From IMG/VR virus record IMGVR_UViG_2778261666_000010: a stretch of 24,201 nt of DNA. One strand, given 5' to 3'. A model generated the notes under the pieces. It saw only the letters and a list, made by a program, of their open reading frames with translations. It did no database searches and was not told where the DNA came from. Source of the DNA: a virus (lineage: Duplodnaviria > Heunggongvirae > Uroviricota > Caudoviricetes). The position numbers were made by a program, and so were the translations under genes. Below, piece by piece: positions 8,679 to 15,580 of the stretch; within the stretch, counting starts at the first letter, position 1; each line of letters begins with the position of its first letter.

Positions 8679-9515
8679 TCAGAAGTCAGCCAGTTGATCG
8701 GAGGCTGCGCCCGTTGCGGTGAACCGGTTCTGCGGATCGCCGTCCTGCGTGCGCAGTTTTTCCTTCAGTGCTGTCAGCTCTGTGGTCAGTGAAGTGATTT
8801 TCTGGCTGTCCTGCTGATGGCGGGTTTCCAGCGCATTAAAACGGTCGATAATGTCGGCCTGTGACGTTGCGACGCCTTCCACCGCTTCCTGAATGCGGGA
8901 AAAACTGGCGTCATCCGCTTTGCGGCCACGGCCAATAATCCCCATTACGCGGTTAAACCACTGGGTGCCTTCTTCCTGGCGTTGTTCTGCCATTTCGATG
9001 ATTTCAGACTCGATGGCTTCGGAGATAAGCGGTGCTTCACCCTGGACACTGTTGAACGTCATCACCGCCTGACGTTGCTGTGCCGTGAATTTCAGGCGCT
9101 CAGTGCCCAGACTTGCCGGGGTGTCGGTCATCGCCAGCCCGACCAGATAGGCGCGCCCGTTAACGGAGAACTGCGGGTGCAGTTCGATACTGGAATAGAT
9201 TTTCTTGCCGTCAGCGACAAGCTGCTTCATGCGCTCGGTCGGTTCGATTTCTGCATACAGCGCAGTACGTCCGGCCAGCGGACCTTCCGTAATGTCTTCC
9301 GTACTCAGTGCGGTGACATCGCCCATTGCGGAAAATTCGCTTGACGGGCATGGCGAGAGATAGTGCTCAACGTTCACGCGGGCAGCGTAAACATCCGGGT
9401 CGAAGTTCTCAGCAGCTTCACGCAGATGCACCGGACTGATTTCGCGGCCATCAACAGTTGATCCGGAGACAGCCACGCGAAACTTTTTGCGTGATGTCTT
9501 TTTTTCATTAGCCAT
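8679..9515 (-). CDS. O: Capsid scaffolding protein (P2 gpO-like)
   Basis: Start moved to ATG 9515 (MANEKKTSRKKFRVAVSGSTVDGR...), which has an SD; track start 9548 has none. Matches P2 O pattern (...YLVGLAMTDTPASLGTE...). Confidence 0.85.
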   Translation of the reverse strand: MANEKKTSRKKFRVAVSGSTVDGREISPVHLREAAENFDPDVYAARVNVEHYLSPCPSSEFSAMGDVTALSTEDITEGPLAGRTALYAEIEPTERMKQLVADGKKIYSSIELHPQFSVNGRAYLVGLAMTDTPASLGTERLKFTAQQRQAVMTFNSVQGEAPLISEAIESEIIEMAEQRQEEGTQWFNRVMGIIGRGRKADDASFSRIQEAVEGVATSQADIIDRFNALETRHQQDSQKITSLTTELTALKEKLRTQDGDPQNRFTATGAASDQLADF

Positions 9516-9548
9516 AGTTTTTGCCCCTCTGACTGGTTCTTCAGTCAT

Positions 9549-9669
9549 GATGGCAAAGCGTAACAGGCTGATACAAAGGGCTTTTGTTGTAAGAAAATGG
9601 CCAGAACAGGGGGTTAAGGAGAACGGTTTCGCGCGCGGGTAATCTTCCTGTAATTACTCAGGGGGAGCA
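9549..9669. promoter_or_regulatory. Divergent late-promoter region between O (minus) and P (plus)
   Basis: 120-bp intergenic gap between divergently transcribed late operons, where P2 has its Ogr-activated promoters. It contains TGT/ACA half-sites (e.g. ACAAAGGGCTTTTGT at 9573-9587), but I could not match the P2 consensus spacing exactly. Confidence 0.35.
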
Positions 9670-11421
9670 ATGATTCAGGACGCTTTTGTGCGCCAGCGTG
9701 CGCGACAACTTTACTGGCAGGGTTATCCGCCCGCTGAAATATCACGTCTGATGGGAATAAACCCGAACACGATTTATGCGTGGAAAAAACGCGACCAGTG
9801 GGATGAAACGCCACCCGTGCAGCGTGTCACGCAGTCCATCGATGCGCGCCTCATCCAGCTTACTGAAAAACAGAATAAAACAGGCGGTGACTTTAAGGAA
9901 ATAGACCTGCTGACCCGGCAGCTTAAAAAACTGCATGATGGCCAGCCGGATGCGACGGCCACAGGAAAGAAAGGCCGGGCGAAAAAACTCAAAAATCATT
10001 TCACGCCGGAACAGATTGCCGCACTGCGGGAAAAAATCATCAGCAGGCTGGAGTGGCATCAGCGGGGCTGGTTTGACTCCCTGACCCTTTGCAGGGAAGC
10101 CGGGATACGTAACAGGATGATCCTGAAATCCCGACAGATTGGGGCGACCTGGTATTTTGCACAGGAAGCACTGCTGATGGCGCTGCGTGACGATGTGGCG
10201 CAACCTTACCAGCGTAACCAGATTTTTTTGTCTGCGTCGCGTCGTCAGGCGTTCCAGTTTAAAAGCATTATTCAGAAGGCCGCGGCTGAAGTTGATGTGG
10301 AGCTGAAAGGGGGCGATAAAATCATCCTCTCCAACGGCGCAGAGCTGCATTTTCTCGGCACTTCTGCTGCGTCGGCACAGTCCTATACGGGCAATTTTTA
10401 TTTTGATGAATTTTTCTGGGTCAGTCGCTTTGCTGAACTGCGCAAGGTGGCTGGCGCTATGGCAACCCTCAGCGGACTGCGGCGCACCTACTTCTCCACG
10501 CCATCCACCGAAACGCACGAGGCATACGCCTACTGGAACGGCGACCGCTGGAATGAGAAAAAGGCCTCGCATAAACGCCAGCGTTTTTCTGTGGACTGGA
10601 AAACGCTGCATAACGGGCTTATCTGCCCTGACCGGACGTGGCGGCAAATTGTCACGCTGGAAGATGTGGTTAATCACGGCTGGAAACACACTGATATCGA
10701 CGAAATTCGTGATGAAAACACCGAAGACGAGTTCCTCAATCTCTATATGTGTGAGTTTGTCCGCGAAGGGGAATCGGCATTTAACCTGAATATCCTGATT
10801 GGCTGCGGTGTTGACGGATACGACGACTGGAAAGACTGGAAACCTTTTGCTCCCCGCCCGATGGGGAATCGTCCGGTATGGATTGGGTATGACGCAAACG
10901 GCAGTAGTGGCAACGGCGACAGCGGCGCTGTGTCCGTGGTGGTTCCTCCGGCTGTTCCTGGTGGCCGTTTTCGAACGGTGGAGACGCGACGCGTTCAGGG
11001 GCTGGAGTTTGAAGAACAGGCCAGAGTCATTGAAGAGTTCACGTATCGCTACAACGTGGAACACATCGGCATTGATGTGACGGGCGGGAACGGGGAGGCT
11101 GTTTATCAGATAGTGAAACGGTTTTTCCCTGCTGCTATTCCGTACACCTTCACGCTGTCATCAAAACGGTCGCTGGTACTGAAAATGCTGCAAATAATGC
11201 GTGCCGGGCGGTGGGAATACGATCGCGCCGAACGCGAGCTGGTCGCGGCCTTTAACGCCGTGCGTAAGGTGAAAACACCGGGCGGCTTTATCACTTACGA
11301 AACGGACCGCGCGAGGGGGATCAGCCACGGCGACCTTGCGTGGGCAACCATGCTTGCTGTCATTAACGAACCGATTGGCGGCGAAGGAGAAAACGAGCGT
11401 TTCACGGTTATGGAGTTCTGA
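9670..11421 (+). CDS. P: Terminase large (ATPase) subunit (P2 gpP-like)
   Basis: 583 aa; ATG 9670 preceded by GGGGGAG; N-terminal HTH-like segment (YWQGYPPAEISRLMGINPNTIYAWKKRDQWDE); stop overlaps the portal start. Confidence 0.9.
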   Translation: MIQDAFVRQRARQLYWQGYPPAEISRLMGINPNTIYAWKKRDQWDETPPVQRVTQSIDARLIQLTEKQNKTGGDFKEIDLLTRQLKKLHDGQPDATATGKKGRAKKLKNHFTPEQIAALREKIISRLEWHQRGWFDSLTLCREAGIRNRMILKSRQIGATWYFAQEALLMALRDDVAQPYQRNQIFLSASRRQAFQFKSIIQKAAAEVDVELKGGDKIILSNGAELHFLGTSAASAQSYTGNFYFDEFFWVSRFAELRKVAGAMATLSGLRRTYFSTPSTETHEAYAYWNGDRWNEKKASHKRQRFSVDWKTLHNGLICPDRTWRQIVTLEDVVNHGWKHTDIDEIRDENTEDEFLNLYMCEFVREGESAFNLNILIGCGVDGYDDWKDWKPFAPRPMGNRPVWIGYDANGSSGNGDSGAVSVVVPPAVPGGRFRTVETRRVQGLEFEEQARVIEEFTYRYNVEHIGIDVTGGNGEAVYQIVKRFFPAAIPYTFTLSSKRSLVLKMLQIMRAGRWEYDRAERELVAAFNAVRKVKTPGGFITYETDRARGISHGDLAWATMLAVINEPIGGEGENERFTVMEF

Positions 11422-12467
11422 TGAGCAGAAAAAACAAAAAAGTGCGCATGAGTTCACGCATTGATCTCGCTGATGCGCTCAGGAAAGAATCATCGCTCAG
11501 TGCATTCACATTTGATGGTCCTTATCGCCTGACCGGGCATGACCTGCTGGACAATATGTACTGTGCTGATAACGGGCGGTGGTATGAAACCCCGGTGGAC
11601 TGGTACGGTCTGGCAAGAGCAGCCCGGCAAACGTCCTGGCATCAGTCTGCGCTTTACTTTAAGCGTAATGTATTGCTCGGTTGCTATATTCCGCACCCGC
11701 TGCTTTCCCGGCAGGATTTCTCGGCGCTGGCGCTGGACTGGTTTGTGTTCGGTAACGCATTCCTTGAGCTTCGAAGCAATATGCTCGGCGAACCACTTAA
11801 ATTACGGCACACCCTGGCGAAATACATGCGACGCGGAAGCGATCTTGAATCATGGTGGTATGTGCAGGATGGCAAGGACGCGTTTCAGTTTCGCCCTGGC
11901 AAAGTGTGCCACCTGATGAATCCTGACATTAACCAGGAAATCTACGGCATGCCGGAATATCTCGGCGCATTACTCTCGGCCAGCCTGTCTCATTCGGCGG
12001 ACATGTTCAGAAAACTGTATTACGACAACGGCTCCCACGCCGGGTGCATCATCTACATCGGTGCAGCGCAGGTAAACCGCGAAAGCATGGACTCCCTGAA
12101 GGAAACGCTACAGGGTGCGCGTGGTGGTGGTGCATTTAAAAACGTGCTCATTCATGCGCCCAACGGGGGCAAAGAGGGGGTGCAAATTTTGCCGTTCCAG
12201 CAGATCACCGCAAAGGATGAGTTCATGAATGTTAAGGCGGCATCCCGTGATGATGTGCTGGCTGCGCACCGCGTTCCGCCGCAACTGATGGGGGCGATGC
12301 CGGGCGAAAAAAGTGCGTTTGGCGATGTGGAGAAGGCAGCGCGGGTTTACGCAATTAACGAGCTGATGCCCGTCATGGAGGCTATGAAGCACATCAATGA
12401 CTGGCTTGGCGAAGAGGTGATCCGTTTTAACTCTTATGCTCTTCTTGATGAAAAAACAGCCCCGTGA
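11421..12467 (+). CDS. Q: Portal protein (P2 gpQ-like)
   Basis: 348 aa, close to the 344 aa I recall for P2 Q; immediately downstream of the terminase, as in P2. Confidence 0.9.
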   Translation: MSRKNKKVRMSSRIDLADALRKESSLSAFTFDGPYRLTGHDLLDNMYCADNGRWYETPVDWYGLARAARQTSWHQSALYFKRNVLLGCYIPHPLLSRQDFSALALDWFVFGNAFLELRSNMLGEPLKLRHTLAKYMRRGSDLESWWYVQDGKDAFQFRPGKVCHLMNPDINQEIYGMPEYLGALLSASLSHSADMFRKLYYDNGSHAGCIIYIGAAQVNRESMDSLKETLQGARGGGAFKNVLIHAPNGGKEGVQILPFQQITAKDEFMNVKAASRDDVLAAHRVPPQLMGAMPGEKSAFGDVEKAARVYAINELMPVMEAMKHINDWLGEEVIRFNSYALLDEKTAP

Positions 12468-12483
12468 TGGGGCTGTCCTTTTT
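12456..12483. terminator. Bidirectional intrinsic terminator shared by convergent portal (plus) and orf174a (minus)
   Basis: 8-bp stem ACAGCCCC/GGGGCTGT (12456-12463 / 12469-12476) with loop GTGAT. Followed by a T-run on the plus strand (CCTTTTTA) and preceded by an A-run, giving a U-tract on the minus strand too. The portal stop lies in the loop; the orf174a stop lies in the T-run. Confidence 0.65.
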
Positions 12484-13006
12484 ACCAGAGTTGAACCATT
12501 TTCTGGGTGCCGTCAGGCTTGAGATTATCAATTTCAGAGAGAACGTAATATTGAATGGCTTCACAAACGGTGGTGTAGGGTGAATTACCTTCTTTAAGTG
12601 GCACGATATTATTATTAACGCGAACCTGTATTTCATCGTTATACATTGCGATCGAAACAGGAGTGTGCACGAACGCGACTTCGCCAGGTGTGTCGTCAAC
12701 CACCGTTTCAATACTAAAAGTCAGTTTTCGCTCATCATTGCTGCCCCGTGCTTTGGGGGTAGCGGCAGGGATCTGGGATAAAGGCATTCTGCGAAATCCT
12801 TCGGCTGCTTCCAGTCCGCATGAAACGTAATGCTGGCGATTACCGTCGCTATCTGTCCAGGTCTGTGATGGCAGCTCCAGCGAGATTTCATAAGCATCAA
12901 CAATGCCCTGGGCAAGGCGTACAAGCGGGGTCAGATCTTCATTGCGGCGAAAGCTCTCCTTTACCTGCTCCCGTTTTTCTCTTAACTGCTTGTAATTAAT
13001 GACCAT
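12482..13006 (-). CDS. Hypothetical protein (174 aa), accessory gene next to the portal
   Basis: Track start 13045 is GTG; ATG 13006 has a perfect GGAGG 7 nt upstream (MVINYKQLREKREQ...). Ends at the shared terminator. No motif I recognise. Visibly more AT-rich than the flanking structural genes. Confidence 0.6.
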   Translation of the reverse strand: MVINYKQLREKREQVKESFRRNEDLTPLVRLAQGIVDAYEISLELPSQTWTDSDGNRQHYVSCGLEAAEGFRRMPLSQIPAATPKARGSNDERKLTFSIETVVDDTPGEVAFVHTPVSIAMYNDEIQVRVNNNIVPLKEGNSPYTTVCEAIQYYVLSEIDNLKPDGTQKMVQLW

Positions 13007-13108
13007 AAAACAGCCTCCATTGATTTCTTTGCTCGTATTTTGCACTTATGAAGTATGGTCGGCAAGGTGCCGTATCGCTGACGCGCTTCGCTTGTCTGCT
13101 GCTTCGCC

Positions 13109-13131
13109 GGGGCATAAAAAATTTATGCCCC
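13109..13131. other. Perfect 10-bp-arm palindrome/hairpin
   Basis: GGGGCATAAA-AAA-TTTATGCCCC, about 100 bp upstream of the orf174a start; no flanking U-tract on either strand. Confidence 0.4.
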
Positions 13132-13505
13132 GACTCTCCAGCTCCTGTATCAATCAGATAATTTCACGACGCCTTCCAGCTTATTGTCATCATCGACGGT
13201 CAGGCTCTTACGCAATCCCGCCGTGCTGACTGCATGTTCTCGTCGCCTCAGTGCGATTTTGACGGCCTTATCAGTCACCCCATCAAATCAAAAGCCCTCA
13301 CGTATTTTTCACGCTCAGCGTGAGAAAGACAGCCATTCTGTTGTGTCGCTGCGACATCGTTCAGGGAATGCTATTTACCCCCTGAAACGCGGGCTGTTCC
13401 CCCGTCACCTGCGCGCAGAAAAAACGCGTTTTTTTGTGCACGCACGGATCCTTGACGGATCCAGCCGCCACGGGGGCCGGAAGGGCAAAAAGTCGTTCAA
13501 AAAAA

Positions 13506-13532
13506 TTGTGCAAATTTGTGCACTATTGTGCA
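13506..13532. repeat. Three TTGTGCA direct repeats at exact 10-bp phasing
   Basis: aTTGTGCAaatTTGTGCActaTTGTGCAgc, copies starting at 13506, 13516 and 13526 in non-coding DNA; helical-phase iterons suggest a protein-binding array. Confidence 0.5.
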
Positions 13533-13572
13533 GCAGGGCGATGCGCGATTATCGCCTTGGTTTGAGAGGAAA

Positions 13573-14097
13573 TCAGGTGTTCTTTTTACCTTCTGTCAGT
13601 GGGCATAACCATCCACTATTTACATCACTTAGCTGATGCGTTCTTTCCTCGTGCTTCTCCTGCCACAATGCTTTTCCGCCAGCCTTTATGATGGCTCTTT
13701 CAACATCCCGCTCGTATCGCAAGGGCTGAAATACGTTATTAATGAAATATTCGCTTATGTCCGGAAGCAATACTGCAAAATTATTGGTTTGTTGCGCCGT
13801 TCGGCTATGCAGCAAAGCGGCATACTTTAATGCGTCCTGTGCTTTCTGGAATTTCAGTGCATGGTCAGTGGCGATTTTTTCCAGTTCAGCGATCCTGTTG
13901 TCTTTGGTTTCCAGCTCTTCCAGCAGCTCGGCGATAATGTCCATTTCCTGATGACGGATTTGACGCTTAAACGCCGCCACTGCTTCGCTACAATCCTGCT
14001 CAGCATTTGGGTTATCCGTGATGGCCTCATACCACGCCAGCGTCGATTGATAGTTTTGTGCTGCCTCACGTAATGCCTGATAGTTGATTTCGCTCAT
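13573..14097 (-). CDS. Hypothetical protein (174 aa), predicted alpha-helical/coiled-coil, downstream of parR
   Basis: ATG 14097 with AAGGAG upstream; a hairpin (14135-14152, CAGGGCGAACTCGCCCTG) separates it from parR; no recognisable motif. Confidence 0.6.
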   Translation of the reverse strand: MSEINYQALREAAQNYQSTLAWYEAITDNPNAEQDCSEAVAAFKRQIRHQEMDIIAELLEELETKDNRIAELEKIATDHALKFQKAQDALKYAALLHSRTAQQTNNFAVLLPDISEYFINNVFQPLRYERDVERAIIKAGGKALWQEKHEERTHQLSDVNSGWLCPLTEGKKNT

Positions 14098-14160
14098 TAT
14101 GTCGTTCTCCTTGTTTATGTTCTGAGGTGGAGAGCAGGGCGAACTCGCCCTGATGTTGTG

Positions 14161-14472
14161 TTATTCAGGAAATAACGCCCTGATATTTCTGGCCATCTGA
14201 CTGGTTATCTGTGCGGTTGGTACTGGCTGTGACTCGGGGCGTTCTGTCCTGGTTTGTGTCACTGATAACGTCTCATCGTCAGCCCATGCAGCCAGTCGGT
14301 AAGCCTCTGCCGGATTCATTTTCAGAAGTGCCAGCCCGGCCAGAAAAGCCACGCGTTGGCCGCTTTTGCGAGCTTCTGGTGTAAGGCTGTCCAGCCAGGC
14401 GCATGCTTCACCTTCGTTCTTGACGGCGGCGGGTTTCAGATAGAAACTTATCCGTCTGGTTGGTGTCGTCAT
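14161..14472 (-). CDS. parR: ParR-like centromere-binding adaptor (partition protein)
   Basis: Start moved to ATG 14472 (MTTPTRRISFYLKPAAVKNEGEACAWLDSLTPEARKSGQRVAFLAGLALLKMNP...), with AAGGAG upstream and overlapping the parM stop. Resembles the N-terminal ribbon-helix-helix region of plasmid R1 ParR (...RTIAFKLNPD...LDSIP...RAALTAGLALY...) from memory. The track's 45-residue N-terminal extension overlaps parM. Confidence 0.65.
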   Translation of the reverse strand: MTTPTRRISFYLKPAAVKNEGEACAWLDSLTPEARKSGQRVAFLAGLALLKMNPAEAYRLAAWADDETLSVTQTRTERPESQPVPTAQITSQMARNIRALFPE

Positions 14473-14476
14473 TGGT

Positions 14477-15436
14477 TTACTCCTTGTCCATTGCGTACAG
14501 CCCATTAACCAGAGCAAACTGTGGCACCCCGTCCGCGATGAAAGTCGCATTAACTCCGCAGGCTTCGCGGATAGCGGGTGCCACAATCTCCGCCCCGCCA
14601 CCGACAACCATCACCCGCCCGTAACCCGAAAAACCCGCCAGCGCGCGGATCACGCGTTGTTTCAGTGTTTCTTCCTTTTCACGAATAACCGCCATCAGGC
14701 TGGCGTAATGCGCGTCATTGTGGATGTGCTGGCGCAGCCAGGCTTCATCATGGCGATGTTCGATAATGGTATTGGCGATGTGGTGACTGGTACGCATACC
14801 GTTAGTGGCCATCACCGACAGTACGGCATCGGCCATCAGGGAAACGCCTACGTGTGGATCGCAAAACACCTGGCTGATACCTGCCAGTTGTCCCTGAACC
14901 TTTGCCACATCCAGCGTGGTTCCGCCCAAATCCACAATCAGCAGGGATTCAAACGGACTCATGTCAGCCAGTGCCTTAAAGCCAGCCGGAATGGATTCAG
15001 GCATAACCCGTACATTACGGATAGTGAATGCCTTACCGTTCTGGTACTCCACCGGGCGCATGACGTTCGCTTTTTTGCGGTTGATGTTGGCCATGTCCGG
15101 CTGTGCGTTTGTGTCGAAATACTCGCTCAGTGGCAGGGTGACAACCACATCCACTTCCTGTGGTGTGATGCCTGATTTGACCAGCGCGTGATGAATGGCA
15201 ATTACATTCACATCGCTGTACTGGTATTGCGTGTCGGTCGTCTGGACAAAGCGATCGCTGACCGGATCAAAACCATAGCGCACGCCATCAAGCATGTAGT
15301 TCGCGGGCTGCATGCCACCGAACGGCGCAGACCATTCCGATTTGAAGCTGTTCGGGCTGATGGCGTTGCGGCGTTCGCCGTTCTCAGTCCATGCCAGCTT
15401 GATGTTGGTGGAGCCGTCGTCGATACAAATTTTCAT
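14477..15436 (-). CDS. parM: ParM/StbA-like actin-type segregation ATPase
   Basis: 319 aa, collinear with plasmid R1 ParM as I recall it (MKICIDDGSTNIKLAW..ISPNSFK..YSDVNV..HHAL..RKKAN..VMPESIPAG..DLGGTTLD..GVSL..GGGAEIV..LVNG), including phosphate-1, phosphate-2 and adenosine motifs of the actin fold. Confidence 0.85.
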   Translation of the reverse strand: MKICIDDGSTNIKLAWTENGERRNAISPNSFKSEWSAPFGGMQPANYMLDGVRYGFDPVSDRFVQTTDTQYQYSDVNVIAIHHALVKSGITPQEVDVVVTLPLSEYFDTNAQPDMANINRKKANVMRPVEYQNGKAFTIRNVRVMPESIPAGFKALADMSPFESLLIVDLGGTTLDVAKVQGQLAGISQVFCDPHVGVSLMADAVLSVMATNGMRTSHHIANTIIEHRHDEAWLRQHIHNDAHYASLMAVIREKEETLKQRVIRALAGFSGYGRVMVVGGGAEIVAPAIREACGVNATFIADGVPQFALVNGLYAMDKE

Positions 15437-15468
15437 GTCGATTTTCCTTATATTGATTAATTAATCGG

Positions 15469-15580
15469 TTACGGGATTTTTAAATCCCGCTTTTGCCTGT
15501 TTTGTGCGCGCTTCATATTTCGCGGCGCTTTTTTTGCTCATTTACGGGATTTGTGAATCCCGTTTCTGTCTGTTTTTTGT
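15469..15580. repeat. Two ~38-bp direct repeats, each with an internal hairpin and T-rich tail, straddling the gene A stop and the parM upstream region
   Basis: Copy A 15469-15506 (TTACGGGATTTTTAAATCCCGCTTTTGCCTGTTTTGTG) and copy B 15542-15580 (TTACGGGATTTGTGAATCCCGTTTCTGTCTGTTTTTTGT); copy B lies inside the last ~23 codons of gene A. Confidence 0.6.

Noticed and set aside
9742-11064. 440-aa minus-strand ORF antisense to the terminase large subunit gene
   Set aside because: It lies entirely inside a confidently identified plus-strand gene; its translation is arginine/proline-rich with no start context, typical of an antisense frame in GC-rich coding DNA.
12999-13636. Plus-strand ORFs of 76 and 150 aa across the palindrome-rich region
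   Set aside because: Arg/Ser-rich low-complexity translations with no SD, running through palindromes and iterons; the region is better explained as non-coding cos/regulatory DNA.
12482-15436. Known defence systems at the hotspot (old/tin-like, restriction-modification, retron, Gabija, toxin-antitoxin)
   Set aside because: None of the four proteins shows a Walker ATPase plus nuclease, methyltransferase, reverse transcriptase or helicase motif; the only recognisable module is ParMR. A novel system is not excluded.
15469-15580. Possible CRISPR array, suggested by repeated hairpin-containing units
   Set aside because: Only two copies, no regularly spaced unique spacers, and no cas genes; more consistent with centromere-like or terminator-like repeats.
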